A stretch of DNA of 64,000 bases from the human T2T-CHM13v2.0 reference genome, Homo sapiens: the NCBI RefSeq assembly GCF_009914755.1, contig NC_060926.1, one strand, 5' to 3'. Below, in pieces: positions 30,469 through 44,350 of the stretch. The position numbers were made by a program, and so were the translations under genes. How positions within the stretch are numbered: the stretch's first letter is position 1; each line of letters opens with the position of its first letter. The notes beneath the pieces are model-generated. The model searched no databases, was not told the origin of the DNA, and worked only from the letters and a program-made list of their open reading frames with translations.

Positions 30469-33400
30469 AATAGTGCAAATTAAGTCTGATGTTTCTCTGT
30501 TGATTTTCTGTCTGGAAAATGTGTCCAATTCTGAATTTTGGGTGTTGAAGTCTCTGGCTATTATTGTATCAGGGCCTCTTTCTGTCTTTAGCTCTAATAA
30601 TATTTCCTTTATTTATCTCAGTGTTCCAGTGTTGGGTGTGCATATATTTTAAATGATTACATTCTCTTGCTGAATTGATCCCTTTAGCATTATATAGTGA
30701 CTTTCCTTGCCTATTCTTATAGTTTTTGTCTTGAAATGTATTTTGTCTTGTATAAGTATATTGAATTCTGTTTTTTGGTTGCCATTGGCATGGAATATCT
30801 TTTCTCATCCATTTATTTTCAATCTGTGTGATTCTTTATAGGTGAAATGTATTTCTTGTAGGCAGCAGATCAATGGGTCTTGTTTTTTCATCCATTCAGC
30901 CAGTCTATAACTTTTAATTTGAGTTTAGTCTACTCAATATTATTACTGATAATTAAGGACTTACTCTTGACATTATGTTATTTGTTTTCTGGTTGTTTTG
31001 TAATCATCTATTCCCTCTTTCTTTCATTCTTGTCTTCCTCTAGTGAAGGTGATTCTTTGAAAGCATTTCTGGACCTGCCCTGGGCCAGAGGACAACACAC
31101 TGCTCTGAAGGGTGAGTCCAGGCCAGGCAGCATTTACCCCAAAGTGACTGAAGAGACCTGGGCTTTAAGAGAAACTTGGCACTGGGCAGTAATCTGGCAG
31201 TACTCCCCATGGGCTTGTGGTGGTGGTGGCCATAGAGGGAGACTCTTCTGCCTTTGAAATGGGAAGGAAAGAGTAGGAAGAACTGCATCTAGTGCTTAGA
31301 GTGCCAGCTCAGCTGCAGTACAATAGAATACCATGTAGACTTCTAAGGTTTTTAATCTAGCTCCTGGATGGCACCTCCAGACTTGCCTGGGTTCTGGAGA
31401 AAGTCACCACTCCAAAGAGAAAGACACAGGCCTGGCTGGCCTCGCTACCTGCTTGACTGTAGAGCCCTAGGCCCTTGAGCAAACACAGGCAGTAGCAAGG
31501 GAGTGATTACAGCAGGTCCTGGGTGAGACTCAGTGCTATGCTGGTTTCAGATCTGACTCAGTGCCGTTATACTGGTGGTGGCCTCAGTAGTGCTTGTGTT
31601 ACTCCACACCCAGCTTCAAATGGCTCAGAACAGAGATATTTGTTTGGGAGAAGTAAAAGAAGAGAATCAGAGTCTCTGCCTGGTAGTCCAGAGAATTCTC
31701 CCAGATCTTGTCCAAGACCATCAAGATGGTACCACTCTGAGTCTGCAAGAACCACGGTCTTACTGGGCTTGGGGTGCTCCCTAAAGCAGATACAGTTTAA
31801 ATCACAATACCCAAGTCTTTTTGAATATATGGAAAGCCTTTCCAGGAAGTATGGCTGCAAACAAGCCCAGTCTACAAAGACTACCATAAATACTTAACTC
31901 TTCAATGAGCAGACACAGATGAACATCTAGAAGTATCAAGACAATCCAGGAAATCATTACTTCACCAAAGAACTAAATAAGGCACCAGGGACCAATTCTG
32001 GAGAAACAGAGATATGTGACCTTTCAGGCAGATAATTCAAAATAGCTATTTCGAGGAAACTCAAAGAAATTCAAGATAACACAGAAAATGGATTCAGAAT
32101 TCTATCAGATAAATTTCACAAAAAAGATTGATACAATGAAAAAGAATCAAGCAGGAATTCTGGAGCTGAAAAAATACATTAGGCATAATGAGGAATGCAT
32201 CAGACTCTAACAGAATTCGTCAAGAAGAAGAAAGAACTAGTGAGTTTGAAGACAAGCTATTTGAAAATGCACAGTCAGAGGAGGCAAAAGAAAAAAAAGA
32301 ATTAAAAAAAGTGAACCACACCTATAGGATCTAGAAAATAATCTTGAAAGGGAAAATCTAAGAGTTATTAGCCTTAAAGAGGAGGTAGAGAAAGAAATAG
32401 GGGTAGAAAGTTTATTTAAAGGGATATTAACAGAGAACTTCCCAAACCTACAGAAATATATCAATATCCAAGTACAAGGAGGTTAAAGAACATCAAGCAG
32501 ATTTAACACAAAGAAGACTAACTCAAGGTATTTAATAATCATACTCCCAAAGGTCAAGGATAAAAAAGAATCCTAAAAACAGCAAGAGAAAAGAAACAAA
32601 TAACAAACAATGGAGCTCCAGTGCATCTGGCAGCAGACTTTTCAGCAGAAACCTTACAGAAAAGGAGCAAGTGGTATGACATATTTAAAGTACTGAAGGA
32701 AAAAAACAACAACAACTTTTACCCTAGAATAGTATAGCTGGTGAAAATATCCTTCAAATATGAAAAGAAATCAAGATTTTTCTGGACAAGAAAAAGCTGA
32801 GGGGTTTCATGAACATCAGGCCTGTCTTAGAAAAAATAATAAAGATAGTACTTCAGTTGAAGAAAAGGACATTAATGAACAATAAGTAAACATCCAAAGG
32901 TACAAAACTCATTGGTTATAGTAAGTACACAGAAAAGCACAGAATACTATGACATTGTTACTGTGGTGTGTATACTCTATACTACATAGAAATGCTAAAT
33001 GATGAACCAATCAAAAATAATAACTGCCACAACTTATCAAGACGTAGACAGTACCATATGATATAAATAGAAACAAGAAAAAGTTTACAAGATGGAGAAT
33101 GAATTAAGGTGTAGTTTTTGTTTTATTTTTGATTGTTTACGCAAACAGTGTTAAGTTGTTATCAGCTTAAAATAATGACTTATGAGATAGTATGTGCAAG
33201 CCTCACAGTAACAAACCAAAAAAAAATACAACTGCTACAAAAAATAAAAATAAAAAGCAAGAAACTAAATCATTTCACCAGAGAGAATTACCTACACAAA
33301 GAAAGAACAGAGGAAGGAAAAAAAGAATGAAGAGAAGACCAGAAAATAACCAGAAAACAAATAAAAAATGGCAGAAGTCCTTACTTATCAATAACATTGA

Positions 33401-36242
33401 GTGTAAAAGGACTATATTCTCTAATCAAAAGACATAGACTGGCTGAATGAATGAAAATTCAAACCCATTTATCTGTTGCCTATAAGAAAAACACTTAACC
33501 TATAAAGACACACATAGACCGAAAATAAAGGGATAGAAAAAGATATTCCATGCCAATGGAAACCAAAAAAGAGCAGGAGTCACTATACTTATAGCAGAAA
33601 AAATAGATTTCAAGACAAAAACTATAATAAAGGACAAAGGACAACATTATATAGTGATAAAAGAGTCAATTCAGGAAGGAGATATAACAATTTTAAGTAT
33701 ATATGCACCAAACACTGAACAGCCAAAAAGAGACATAGATTCCAATACAATAATAGTTGGAAACTTCAACAACCCACTTTCATAAATGGACAGATCTTCC
33801 AGATGGAAAATCAACAAAGAAACATCAGATTTAATAACTATAGTCCAAATGGACCTAATAGATATTTACAGAACATACCCTCTAATGGTTGCAGAATACA
33901 CATTCTTTTCTTCAGCACATGGATTATTCTCAAGATTAAATCATATGTTAGGTTATAAAACAAGTCTTAAACATTCAAAAGTATTGAAATATTATGAAGC
34001 ATCTTCTCTGACCACATGAAATAGAACTAGAAATTAATAATAAGAGGAATTTTGGAAACTATACAAATACTTGGAATTAAACTACATAATCCTGAATGAC
34101 CACTGAGTCAACAAAGAAATTAACAAGGAAATTAAAACATCTTGTGAAACAAATGATAATGGAAACAAAATATATTAAACCCTATGAGATACAGCAAAAG
34201 CAGTATTAAGAGGGAAGTTTATAGCTGTAAGTGCCTACATAAAAAAGGAGAAACAACTTCAAATAATCTAACAGTGCATCTTAAAGAAGTAGAAAAGCAA
34301 GAGCAAACCAAACCCAAAACTAGAAGAAAAGAAATAATAAATATCAGAGAAGAAAGAAATATTAATTGAAATGAACAAAACAATACAAAAGATCAATAAA
34401 AATGATGTTCTTTTGAAATGTTAAACAAAAATTGACAAAGCTTCAGCCAGACAAACTAAGGGAAAAAAGAGAGAAGACCAAAAAAAAAAAAAAAAAAATC
34501 AGAAATTCAAAAGGAGACATTACAATTGATACAGCAGGAATTCAAAGAATTATTATGGCTACTGGGAGCAACTATAAGCCAATAAATTGGAAGTTTTAGA
34601 AAAAAAATGGACAAATTTCTATACACCCATATAACCTACCAAAACCAAACCATAAAAAAATCCAAAATCTGAAAAGACAACAAGTCAAGACTGAAGCTGT
34701 AATAAAAAGACTCAATAAATGGTTTTGGAAAAACTGGATATCCATATGCAGAAGAATGAACCTGGACGCCTATCTCTCACCATACAAAAAAAAAATCAAA
34801 TTTGAATGGATGAAAGACTTAAACCTAAGACCTCAAACTACAAAACTACTACAAAAAATTGGGGAAAATATCTAGGCATTCATCTGTGCAAAAATTTATT
34901 GAGCAATACCCCATAAGCACAGGCAGCAAAAGCAAAAATGAACAAATTACATCATGACTGTTAAAATGCTTCTGCAAACTGAAGTAAACAATTAGCAAAG
35001 TGAAGAGACAGCCCACATAATGGAAGGCATATTTGCAAACTATCCTTCTAACAAGAGATTGATAACCATAATATGTAAAGAGCTCAAACAAATCTATGGG
35101 AAGATAATCTAATAATACAATCAAGAAATGGGTAAAAGATTTGAAGAGACATTCCTCAAAAGAAGATATACAAATGGCAACAGGCATATGAAAAAGTACT
35201 CAACATGAATGATAATCAGAGAAATGTAAATCAAAACTGCAATGAGATATCATCTAGCCCCAGTTAAAATGGCTTATATCCAAAAGACAGGCAATAACAA
35301 ATGCTGGTGAAAATGTGGAGAAAAGGAAATGTTTGTACACTGTTGGTGGTAATGTAAATTAGTACAACCACTATGGAGAACAGTCTGCAGGTTCCTCAAA
35401 ATACTAAAAATTGAGCTACCATATAACCCAGCAATCCTACTGCTGGATATATAGCTAAAAGAAAGGAAATCACTATATTGAAGCAATATCTGCACTCTCA
35501 TGTTATTGCTGCACTGTTCACAATATTTAAGATTTGGAAGCAACCTAAGTGTCCATCAACAGATGAATGAATAAAGAAAATGTAGTACATACATGCAATG
35601 GAATACTATTCAGCCATGAAAAAGAATGAAATCCTGTCATTTGCAACAACATGGATGGAACTAGAGATCATTATGTTAAGTGAAATAAGCCAGACACAGA
35701 AAGACAAAAATTACACGTTCTCCCTTATTTGTGGGATCTAGAAATCAAAACAATTGCACTCATAAACATAGGGAGTAGGATAGTTCCCAGAGGCTAGGAA
35801 GGGTAGTGAGGGAGTGGGGAAGAGGTGGGGATTGTTCATGTATTCCAAAAAAATAGAATAAAAAGACCTACTAATTTATAGCACAACAGGGTGACTACAG
35901 TCAATCATAATTTAATTGTATGTCTTAAAATAACTAAAAGAGTACAATTCCATTATTTGTAAAACAATAACTGTTTGAGGGAATTGATATCTGATTTTCC
36001 ATGACGTGACTGTTACACATTGCATGACTGTATCAAAACATCTCATTTAGCCCATAATATATACACCTAATATATACTCGCAAAATTTAATAAAATTTTT
36101 AAAAATTTTAAAATAAAATGAAATAAGCAATGAGCAAGTTTCATCAAGTCACAGAATCACAAGATTTTTGCTTCTAGAGAGGAACTAAGCACTATTTAGT
36201 TCAATTTATTCCTTTCACAAGTGAAAAAACCTATACTTAAAT

Positions 36243-36465
36243 CAGAGTTTGTAAAACTATAGCTCATGGGCTGAATCTAGCCGCCTATGTTTTTACAAAT
36301 AACACTTTTTTAAACACAGCCTTGTCTACTTATTTGCACATTTTCTAGGACTTTTGTTCTACAGTGGTAATGTTAAGTAGTTTCAATAAAGACCATATAA
36401 TCCACAAAGCCTAAAATATTTGTTTACTCTCTGGCCTCTTCAGGAATGTTTGCCAGCTGTTTCAG
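36243..36465. mobile_element. MER58A-like hAT-Charlie element
   Basis: aaactatagctcatgggctgaatctagcc...cacaaagcctaaaatattt...ctggcc..gtttgcc. Confidence 0.75.
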
Positions 36466-37034
36466 ATAGCATGTATAATTTGCCCACAATCACACTTTAA
36501 TTAGTGGCAAAATTTGTCTAAAATCTATCTTTACTTAGTGATATGCTCTTTCTATTCTATCACATTGCCTCACTGTGTCCAATATTTTAGTAGTAAAATT
36601 AAAGACCAAATTCAAAAGTGGTAAGAAGGAAGACAATAATTACAATTAAAATGGAACTTACCCAGTGCCACTATACGTTAAGAGCTACTAGTTCAACTTA
36701 CCTACTCAGTCTTCTGCATGCCCTCCAGAGAAAATGTCACAGGTCACATACATTTTTATGAATATTTACCCAATGTCACAAATTTATCAAGCTGTAATTA
36801 TTTTAGTGGCAATAAATTAAAATAAAATAGCAATAATTAGTAGTCTATACTCGTGTAGGCTACATCTATACTAGAAAATAATAAAATAACTCTGTAGCTG
36901 GAACTCTCATTAAAATATTTTTGTCTTTTAATATAAACACCAAAACTCATTATTCAATAATATCCAAGTAGCTGAGCACCCTCAAAGAGACAATATACTG
37001 AGAAAAATTATTAAAATTCAAAAACTGTAAATTA

Positions 37035-37222
37035 GACATTCCCAATATATAGTCCCTGGACCAGCAATATCAGCATCATCAAGGGAGCTTGTTTAAAATG
37101 CAAATTCTGGGGACCTACCTCAGACCTACTAAATCAAAAATTCTGGGAATGGGATGTAGTATTCTCTGTTTTAACAAGGTTTCCAGGTGATTTTTAGTCA
37201 TGCCTAAAGTCTGGAAAACACT
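37035..37222. mobile_element. MER5A hAT-Charlie element
   Basis: ggaccagcaatatcagcatca..gagcttgtttaaaatgcaaattctgg..cagacctactaaatca..ttttaacaag..ccaggtgatt..gaaaacactg. Confidence 0.85.
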
Positions 37223-37461
37223 GCTCTATATCAACATAGGTAATAAAGAAACACCCTAAAGTATAAAAAGAAAATAAATTAAAACAGGCAAATAAGCATC
37301 ATTATAGATAACAACTTGCACAGCATTTATTTCTAGTCCCTAAGCCATGTTAACACCCTACCTTACAAACAAGTCACTTCTAGTCAACAACTAATAAGAG
37401 TTCTAGAAACTTTGCCAAGTATAATCAGTAAGTTAAGACCAAATATTCATAAAGAACAGAA

Positions 37462-37873
37462 TGATATAAGCGAATTAAAATAGTCTGCCTCCAATTTGAC
37501 GGCTGAAGCTTTTAAGCTATAACCATCCCTCTTCCCTTATTGCCTTAAACTTGGGCGAATTGGTAAGAAAGCCCAGTGCTCCTTCTGTTGGCACTGGTAA
37601 GAAATTTAAACCACATAAATCCTGCTAAGACAAACCTTGCCCCAGTCCACCTACCTTTACCATCATAAAAACCCCAAGCCAGTCTCCGTTATCTGCTCTT
37701 TCAAGCCATTCTGTGTCCATTAAGAGCCACTCTATTCTCTGAAAAACGTTCATTTTCTGAGTACTAAACCTTTTCATATCTTCTTGGTGCATGTATGGCA
37801 TGACCAGTATTGAAATCTGACCCAAACTTTGCATGCGGAGAGTCTATCCTGTTTCCACATGGTAATCACAACA
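37462..37873 (+). mobile_element. ERV1-type solo LTR (MER31/MER67-like)
   Basis: tg..ca ends, cataaaaaccccaagccagtctcc TATA region, degenerate poly(A) signal near 37763. Confidence 0.5.
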
Positions 37874-39316
37874 CAAATTCAAAATTTTTTTTCTCATCTA
37901 CTAAAAATATATTCCAAAAGAAAACCTGAGAAGTCCTGTTATAAAATGTAAGCTTCCTCTGTTGTAGCTTTCACGCAAGATGTTATATAGATAACTTATG
38001 CCTTTATTTTAGGAACATGATCAGAAGCTATACTTTTTCAGCAATAAAATTCTACCACCCCAAGATCACTGTATTAAATATTTGTGCCACAGGGATTGAG
38101 ATATTGCTACATATACGCTATAAAAGAAGAAGTAATTGTTCTGATAATCATAACACTAAGAAACAACTGGGAGAAAAGTAGCTTCAGGGACAATATTCAG
38201 TAGCTAACTGTTCAACTCGCTAGTTCACATTGCTTGTAGACACTGAGTCTAGTTATGGGGTAAATCAAAGTGAATAAAACTCAGCTGGAATTTTGACACC
38301 AGCAGTGTTTTTCTTTAGTGTTGCTTCCTGGAAAAAAGTTAAAAATAATGCAAAATCTACAAAATGTCAAGGGAAAGGCAAGATAGCAAAATGGAAACTA
38401 CAGACAACACAAATTATTGTAGAGCAACTCATGCTTTGGATATTTTGGATGTAATTTTAAACTGTTAATTTTAATTGACCATAAAATCCAAAACTTCAGA
38501 AGAGAAATCGTGTAAAAACTGATACTGTGATGAGAATTAGACATTAACTTCAGGCTTTAAATATGATAAAAATTATTTTCCTTACTTCTTCCATTGTTTT
38601 TAAAAATACATCTGCTTTGTAATTAATGACTGTATGTTAGATTCAAGGTGAAGTACTATCATTCTTTCTGATGAGGTAGCTGTTCAAGTTTTGGCCATAA
38701 ACACCAAATTCTGATTACTAAGCCCCATGGTGATTGAGTGCTATAAAACATAGCAGAACACAAAGCCCAGACTCTTCAGACAGATGATATATACTTCTAT
38801 GAACACCCAGCAGCCATGACAGTTGGCCAGCAACTTCATATTTGAACAGCATAACCATTTATCATGGAAGAATTTAATCTAAACATTAAATTATTCTTTT
38901 ACTCTTTGATTAAATGAAATCACAAAAACAAATACAGTTTGATTAAAGATAATTCAACCAAGTGCCTATTAAGATGAATTCACTGTCAATGAGCTAGATG
39001 TGACAAAATTTAGTTATAAAATTATAATAGCTGAGGCTTACATATTTAAAATCGGCAGAATCACTGAGAATCATTGGTTAATTCAGGCTTGTTTCTAAAT
39101 TATCCAGAAACCTGGGGAAAGGATCAGACAATGAGATCTGTACTATGTATGTCACTCATGAAGTTTCTAACAGGCAAGCTTTGTGACATTGTGAACACAT
39201 ATACAACTTAACAGTATTTAAACTGTTATTTGTTCTAAAATATTCCATCAAAAATCAGGTTGTGAAGAATTATTAAACAGAAAATTGAGAAAGTGAAGTT
39301 AAAGAGGTCTGAGGTA

Positions 39317-39682
<366 letters not shown>

Positions 39683-40389
39683 TTAACAAGAAAAAGAAAA
39701 CAAGAGAAGCTGCTTCAAAGGACTCAGGATATTGTTTACAATTATACTAGAGTTTTGCTTTAGAAGGAAGCTCTTAGCAGAATTAAATGAGACCCTTAAC
39801 AACTGCTTGATGTCTAGTTATACAAGAAAGTACATAGCAGGCCTAATTTAACCAAAATGAAAGAGAAGTAATTTACCTCTCATTTACTTGATAAGCTAAC
39901 AAAGATATTATTTGAGCATTGCTGTTGTTGTAGTTCAGACAATTATGGCTAGAGGAGACCAGAAAATTACCCTATTTCTTAATTCTTTTAAATATAACAA
40001 TCTATATACAAATGTGTATGTATAGGAATAACTTACTTTGATGTTTTATTCTGCTTTCTATATTGCTTCTGAAGCAATTATTTCTTTGTTTTACCAATTT
40101 GTTTACTGGTATCAGACTTTTATGCTGGAGACTTCCCTCAAAATCTCAAGTTCTCTTTGCCTTTTAATTTATTCTTAAGAAATTAAGGTACTGAGGAAAT
40201 TACTGGAAGCTTTCTTTGCAGATAATTTCACTGAGAATCACTGGGCAAATAAATTACTATTTCATTGGAGAATCTCTACATATCATTGTTCTTTTATGGT
40301 AAGTTAATTCAAAGAGGAATCTTTTACTTCTCTTCCAGATGCTGAGTGGCAGAATGCCAGTAATCTGGGAGCTAAACTGGGGAAGGTCA

Positions 40390-40813
40390 CTGTGTTAGGC
40401 CATTTGCATTGCTATAAAGAAGTACCTGAGACTTGGTAATTTATAAATAAAAGGAGTGTATTTGGCTTAGGGTTCTGCAAGCTGTTCAAGAAGCATAGAG
40501 GCAGCATCTGCCTCTTTTGAGGGCTTCAAGAAGCTTCTATGCATGGCAGAAGGGGAAAGGGAGCCAGTGTGTGCAGATAATATGGTGAAAGAGAAACAAG
40601 AGAGGACAGAGGGTAGTGCCAAACTCTTTTTAACAATCAGATCTTACAGAAACTAATAGAGTGAAAAGGCTCATTACCACCAAAATGGCATCAAGCCGTG
40701 CATGAGGGATCTAGCCCCATGACCCAAATACCTTTCATCAGGCTCCACCTTCAGTTTTGCAGCTCTACTTTCAAACAGGAGATTTAGAGAGGACAAATGT
40801 TCAAATTAGGTTA
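40390..40813 (-). mobile_element. MST (MSTB-like) MaLR solo LTR
   Basis: tgtgttaggccatttgcattgctataaagaagtacctgagact...catgagggatctagccccatgacccaaatacc. Confidence 0.88.
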
Positions 40814-41939
40814 GTCACAGTTTAACTGGGATCTTTAGACAATCCCCTTATTAACTGTGCGCTTGTTCCCTCTATTGTCTGGCATTCGTGAATGTGGAGC
40901 ATCCTTTCTTGGATAGCTCCAGGAGGTAAAATCCCCAGGGTCCCCTCCACCTCAGGAAAGAGAGGGTTTTGTGAGGGTATCTGGGGTGTCTTACCGCTTC
41001 TTATAAAATTTAATCCAGGACTCTAGTGTTAAGTTGCTCTCTTCAAGGTACTTAGTGCCTCCAATTCTCTCCATAGCATTAGTTAGCTTGTTTCTTTTTC
41101 CCTAAGACTTGCACTCTGCCAATTCTGATTTTATTTATCCATCTACTCTGCATTTTTCAAAAGTTCTCAATTGCTCTCTCTTCCTCCATTTATTTTGTTT
41201 TTGTGAGTTTAGAATTTTTTAATTTATCTAGTTTCAGTGTAGTGGGTTTTGAGAAACAATATAGGTAAAGACACATATTCAACCTTCCAAGTTAAGTGGA
41301 AATTACCACATTCCCTTCTATTCCTTAGCTTTTGTCTCCCACCCATTGGTGTCATTCTTCAGTCACTTTGCCAAACTGACTAAACCCAAACCACTTTCCA
41401 TCTCTTAATTTTTACTTATTTTATTTCTTTCACCTTCACCTGAAGGTCTTTTTCCCTTTGGAAGAGTATTTCTTCACATGCATTATTATTCTGTTCGCAC
41501 TTCAAAGTAAAATCATATCTAACACTTGGTGAAAGTCACTCATCTGCCCATCTTGAATTATTTTCTCTTTCTCCTGTATTTGTATCATCTCCAATTTTGC
41601 TTGTTATAAAATCAATATTATTCTGCCTCAACTTAAGCTCCCTTTTCCCCCAGGTTTTATTCTACTTAAAAGTTAAGACTTACTAATCTCAGTCACCTCC
41701 ACATAGTCCGAATAGCATAACATCTATAGTACAGTTATTTAAATGCATATTTGTTGAATTAAAACAAATTGAACTCTAACACTTTATGAGAAGATGCTAT
41801 ATTTCTTCTGCTCCTTCATTTTTATTTCTTTTCACTTCTTTCTAGGAGCTAAAAGTTTAAACACTGTTATCCAGTATTAGAACTGAGAATCACATATCCA
41901 TTTCACTCTCTCTTTCTCTGTCTCTGTGTGCATTTAAAT

Positions 41940-43597
41940 ATTTTTTCAATGGTTTTTGGGGTACAAGTGGTTTTTGTTGTATGGATGAATTATATAGTGG
42001 TGAATTATTAGATTTTAGTGCACCAATTACCCAGGTAGTATACATCGTACCTAATGTGTAGTTTTTTTATTCATGGCCCTTCTCCTACCCTCCCCTTTCT
42101 GAGTCTCTAAGGTCCATCATATCACCTGTATGCCTTTGCATACTCACAGCTTAGCTCCCACTCGTAAGTGAGAATATATGGTTTTGGGTTTTCCATTCCT
42201 GTGTTACTTCACTTAGAACAATGGCCTCCAGCTCCATCCAAATTGCTGCAAAAGACATTATTTTATTCCTTTTAATGGCTGAGTAGTATTCCACAGAGTG
42301 TGTGTGTGTGTGTGTGTGTGTCTGTGTGTATGTATATATATATATATATATATATATCACATTTTTATTATTCACTCATTAGTCAATGGGCACTTAAGCT
42401 GGTTCGACATCTTTTCACTGTGACTTGTACTACTATAAACATATGTGTGTGAATGTCTTTTTCACATAATGACATATTTTTCTTTGGGTAGATACCCAGT
42501 AGTGGGACTGATGGATCAAATGATAGATCTTCTTTTAGCTTTTTAAGGAATAGCCATACTGTTTACCATGGAGGCTGTACTAATTTACATTAATTTACAT
42601 TCCCACAAGCAGTGTATAACCATTACCTTTTCTCCACATCCATGCCAACATCTGTCATCTTTTGACTTAATAATGACCATTCTTGTAGGAATAAGATATT
42701 ATTTCATTGTGGTTTTAATTTGCACTTCCCTGTTGATTACTGATATTGAGCATTTTTTCATGTTTGCCATTTGTTTATCAACTTTTAAGAACTGTCTATT
42801 CATGTCCTTTCTCCACTTTTTAAAGGGATTTTTTTCTTGTTGATTTGTTTGAATCCCTTGTATATTCTGGACACTAGTCCTTTGTCAGATGCATAGTTTG
42901 CAAATATTTTCTCCCACTCTGTGGATGGTCTGTTTACTCTGCTGATTATTTCTTTTGCTGTGCAGAGCATTTTAGCTTAATTAGGTCCCATTTATTTATT
43001 TCTGTTTTTGTTGCATTTGCTTTGGGGGTCTTAGTATACTGTGAGAGAGAGGGATTCTGTTTCATCCTTCTACATGTGGCTTGCCAGTTTTCCCAGCACC
43101 ATTAAATACGGTGTCCATTTCCAATATGCGTTTTGTATGCTTTGTTGAAGATCAGTTGGTTATACATATGTGGCTTTATTTCTGGGTTCTTTATTCTGTT
43201 GCACTGGTCTATGTGACTACTTTTATACCAGTGCCATGCTCTTTTGGTAACTATAGCCTTGTAGTATAATTTGAAGTCAGCTAATGTGATACCTCCAGAT
43301 TTGTTCTTTTTGCTTAGAATTCCTTGGGCTATTCATGCTCTTTTTTGGTTCCATATGAATTTTAAGATTTTTTTTTGCTAATTCTGTTAAAAAACAATGT
43401 TGGTATTTTGATGGGAATTGCACTGAATATATAGATTGTTTTTGGCAGTATGGTCATTTTCACAATATTGGTTCTTCCAATACATGAGCATGGAATGTAT
43501 TTCCATTTATTTGTTTCATCTATGATTTCTTTCAGCAGTGTTGTGTAGTTCTCCTTGTAGAGATCTTTCACCTCCTTGGTTAAATATATTCCTAGGT
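41940..43597 (-). mobile_element. L1PB-type 3' fragment with an internal deletion near 43035
   Basis: Antisense 3'UTR and ORF2 C-terminal peptides ([18 protein letters not shown]; SAIKRNKIMSFAA). Confidence 0.9.
42298..42357. repeat. Compound (TG)n(TA)n microsatellite
   Basis: Directly visible. Confidence 0.95.
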
Positions 43598-43776
43598 AAT
43601 TAAGCTTTTACTAATAAATAAAAGTAACCTAACTTGTGCATTGCACTCTTTGGAGTTGAGAAAACCACGTAATTAGTGGTTTTAAAACTGGCTTTAACTG
43701 ACAGCGTAATAGGGGAAATAAGACTTAAACACATGAAACAATTTATAATTCAAGGCAGTATAAAATAAAGAGTGAG

Positions 43777-44350
<574 letters not shown>

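Larger units (their letters stand above)
25531..31053 (-). mobile_element. 5'-truncated L1MA1/2-like element nested in the 5'UTR of the + strand L1
   Basis: Antisense 3'UTR tttttgtgggtacatagtaggtgtata through ORF2; TSD tcttggaaggcatttct (25514-25530) / tctttgaaagcatttct (31054-31070). Confidence 0.9.
24367..36121 (+). mobile_element. Originally full-length L1MA1/2-like element (5'UTR, ORF1, ORF2, 3'UTR), interrupted at 25530/31054 and internally deleted
   Basis: 5' start agcaagatggcagaa; modular 5'UTR resumes at 31071; ORF1 about 31900-32880; ORF2 from about 33370; L1MA 3'UTR; flanking repeat aatatgcaatgag (24354-24366) / aataagcaatgag (36122-36134). Confidence 0.88.
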
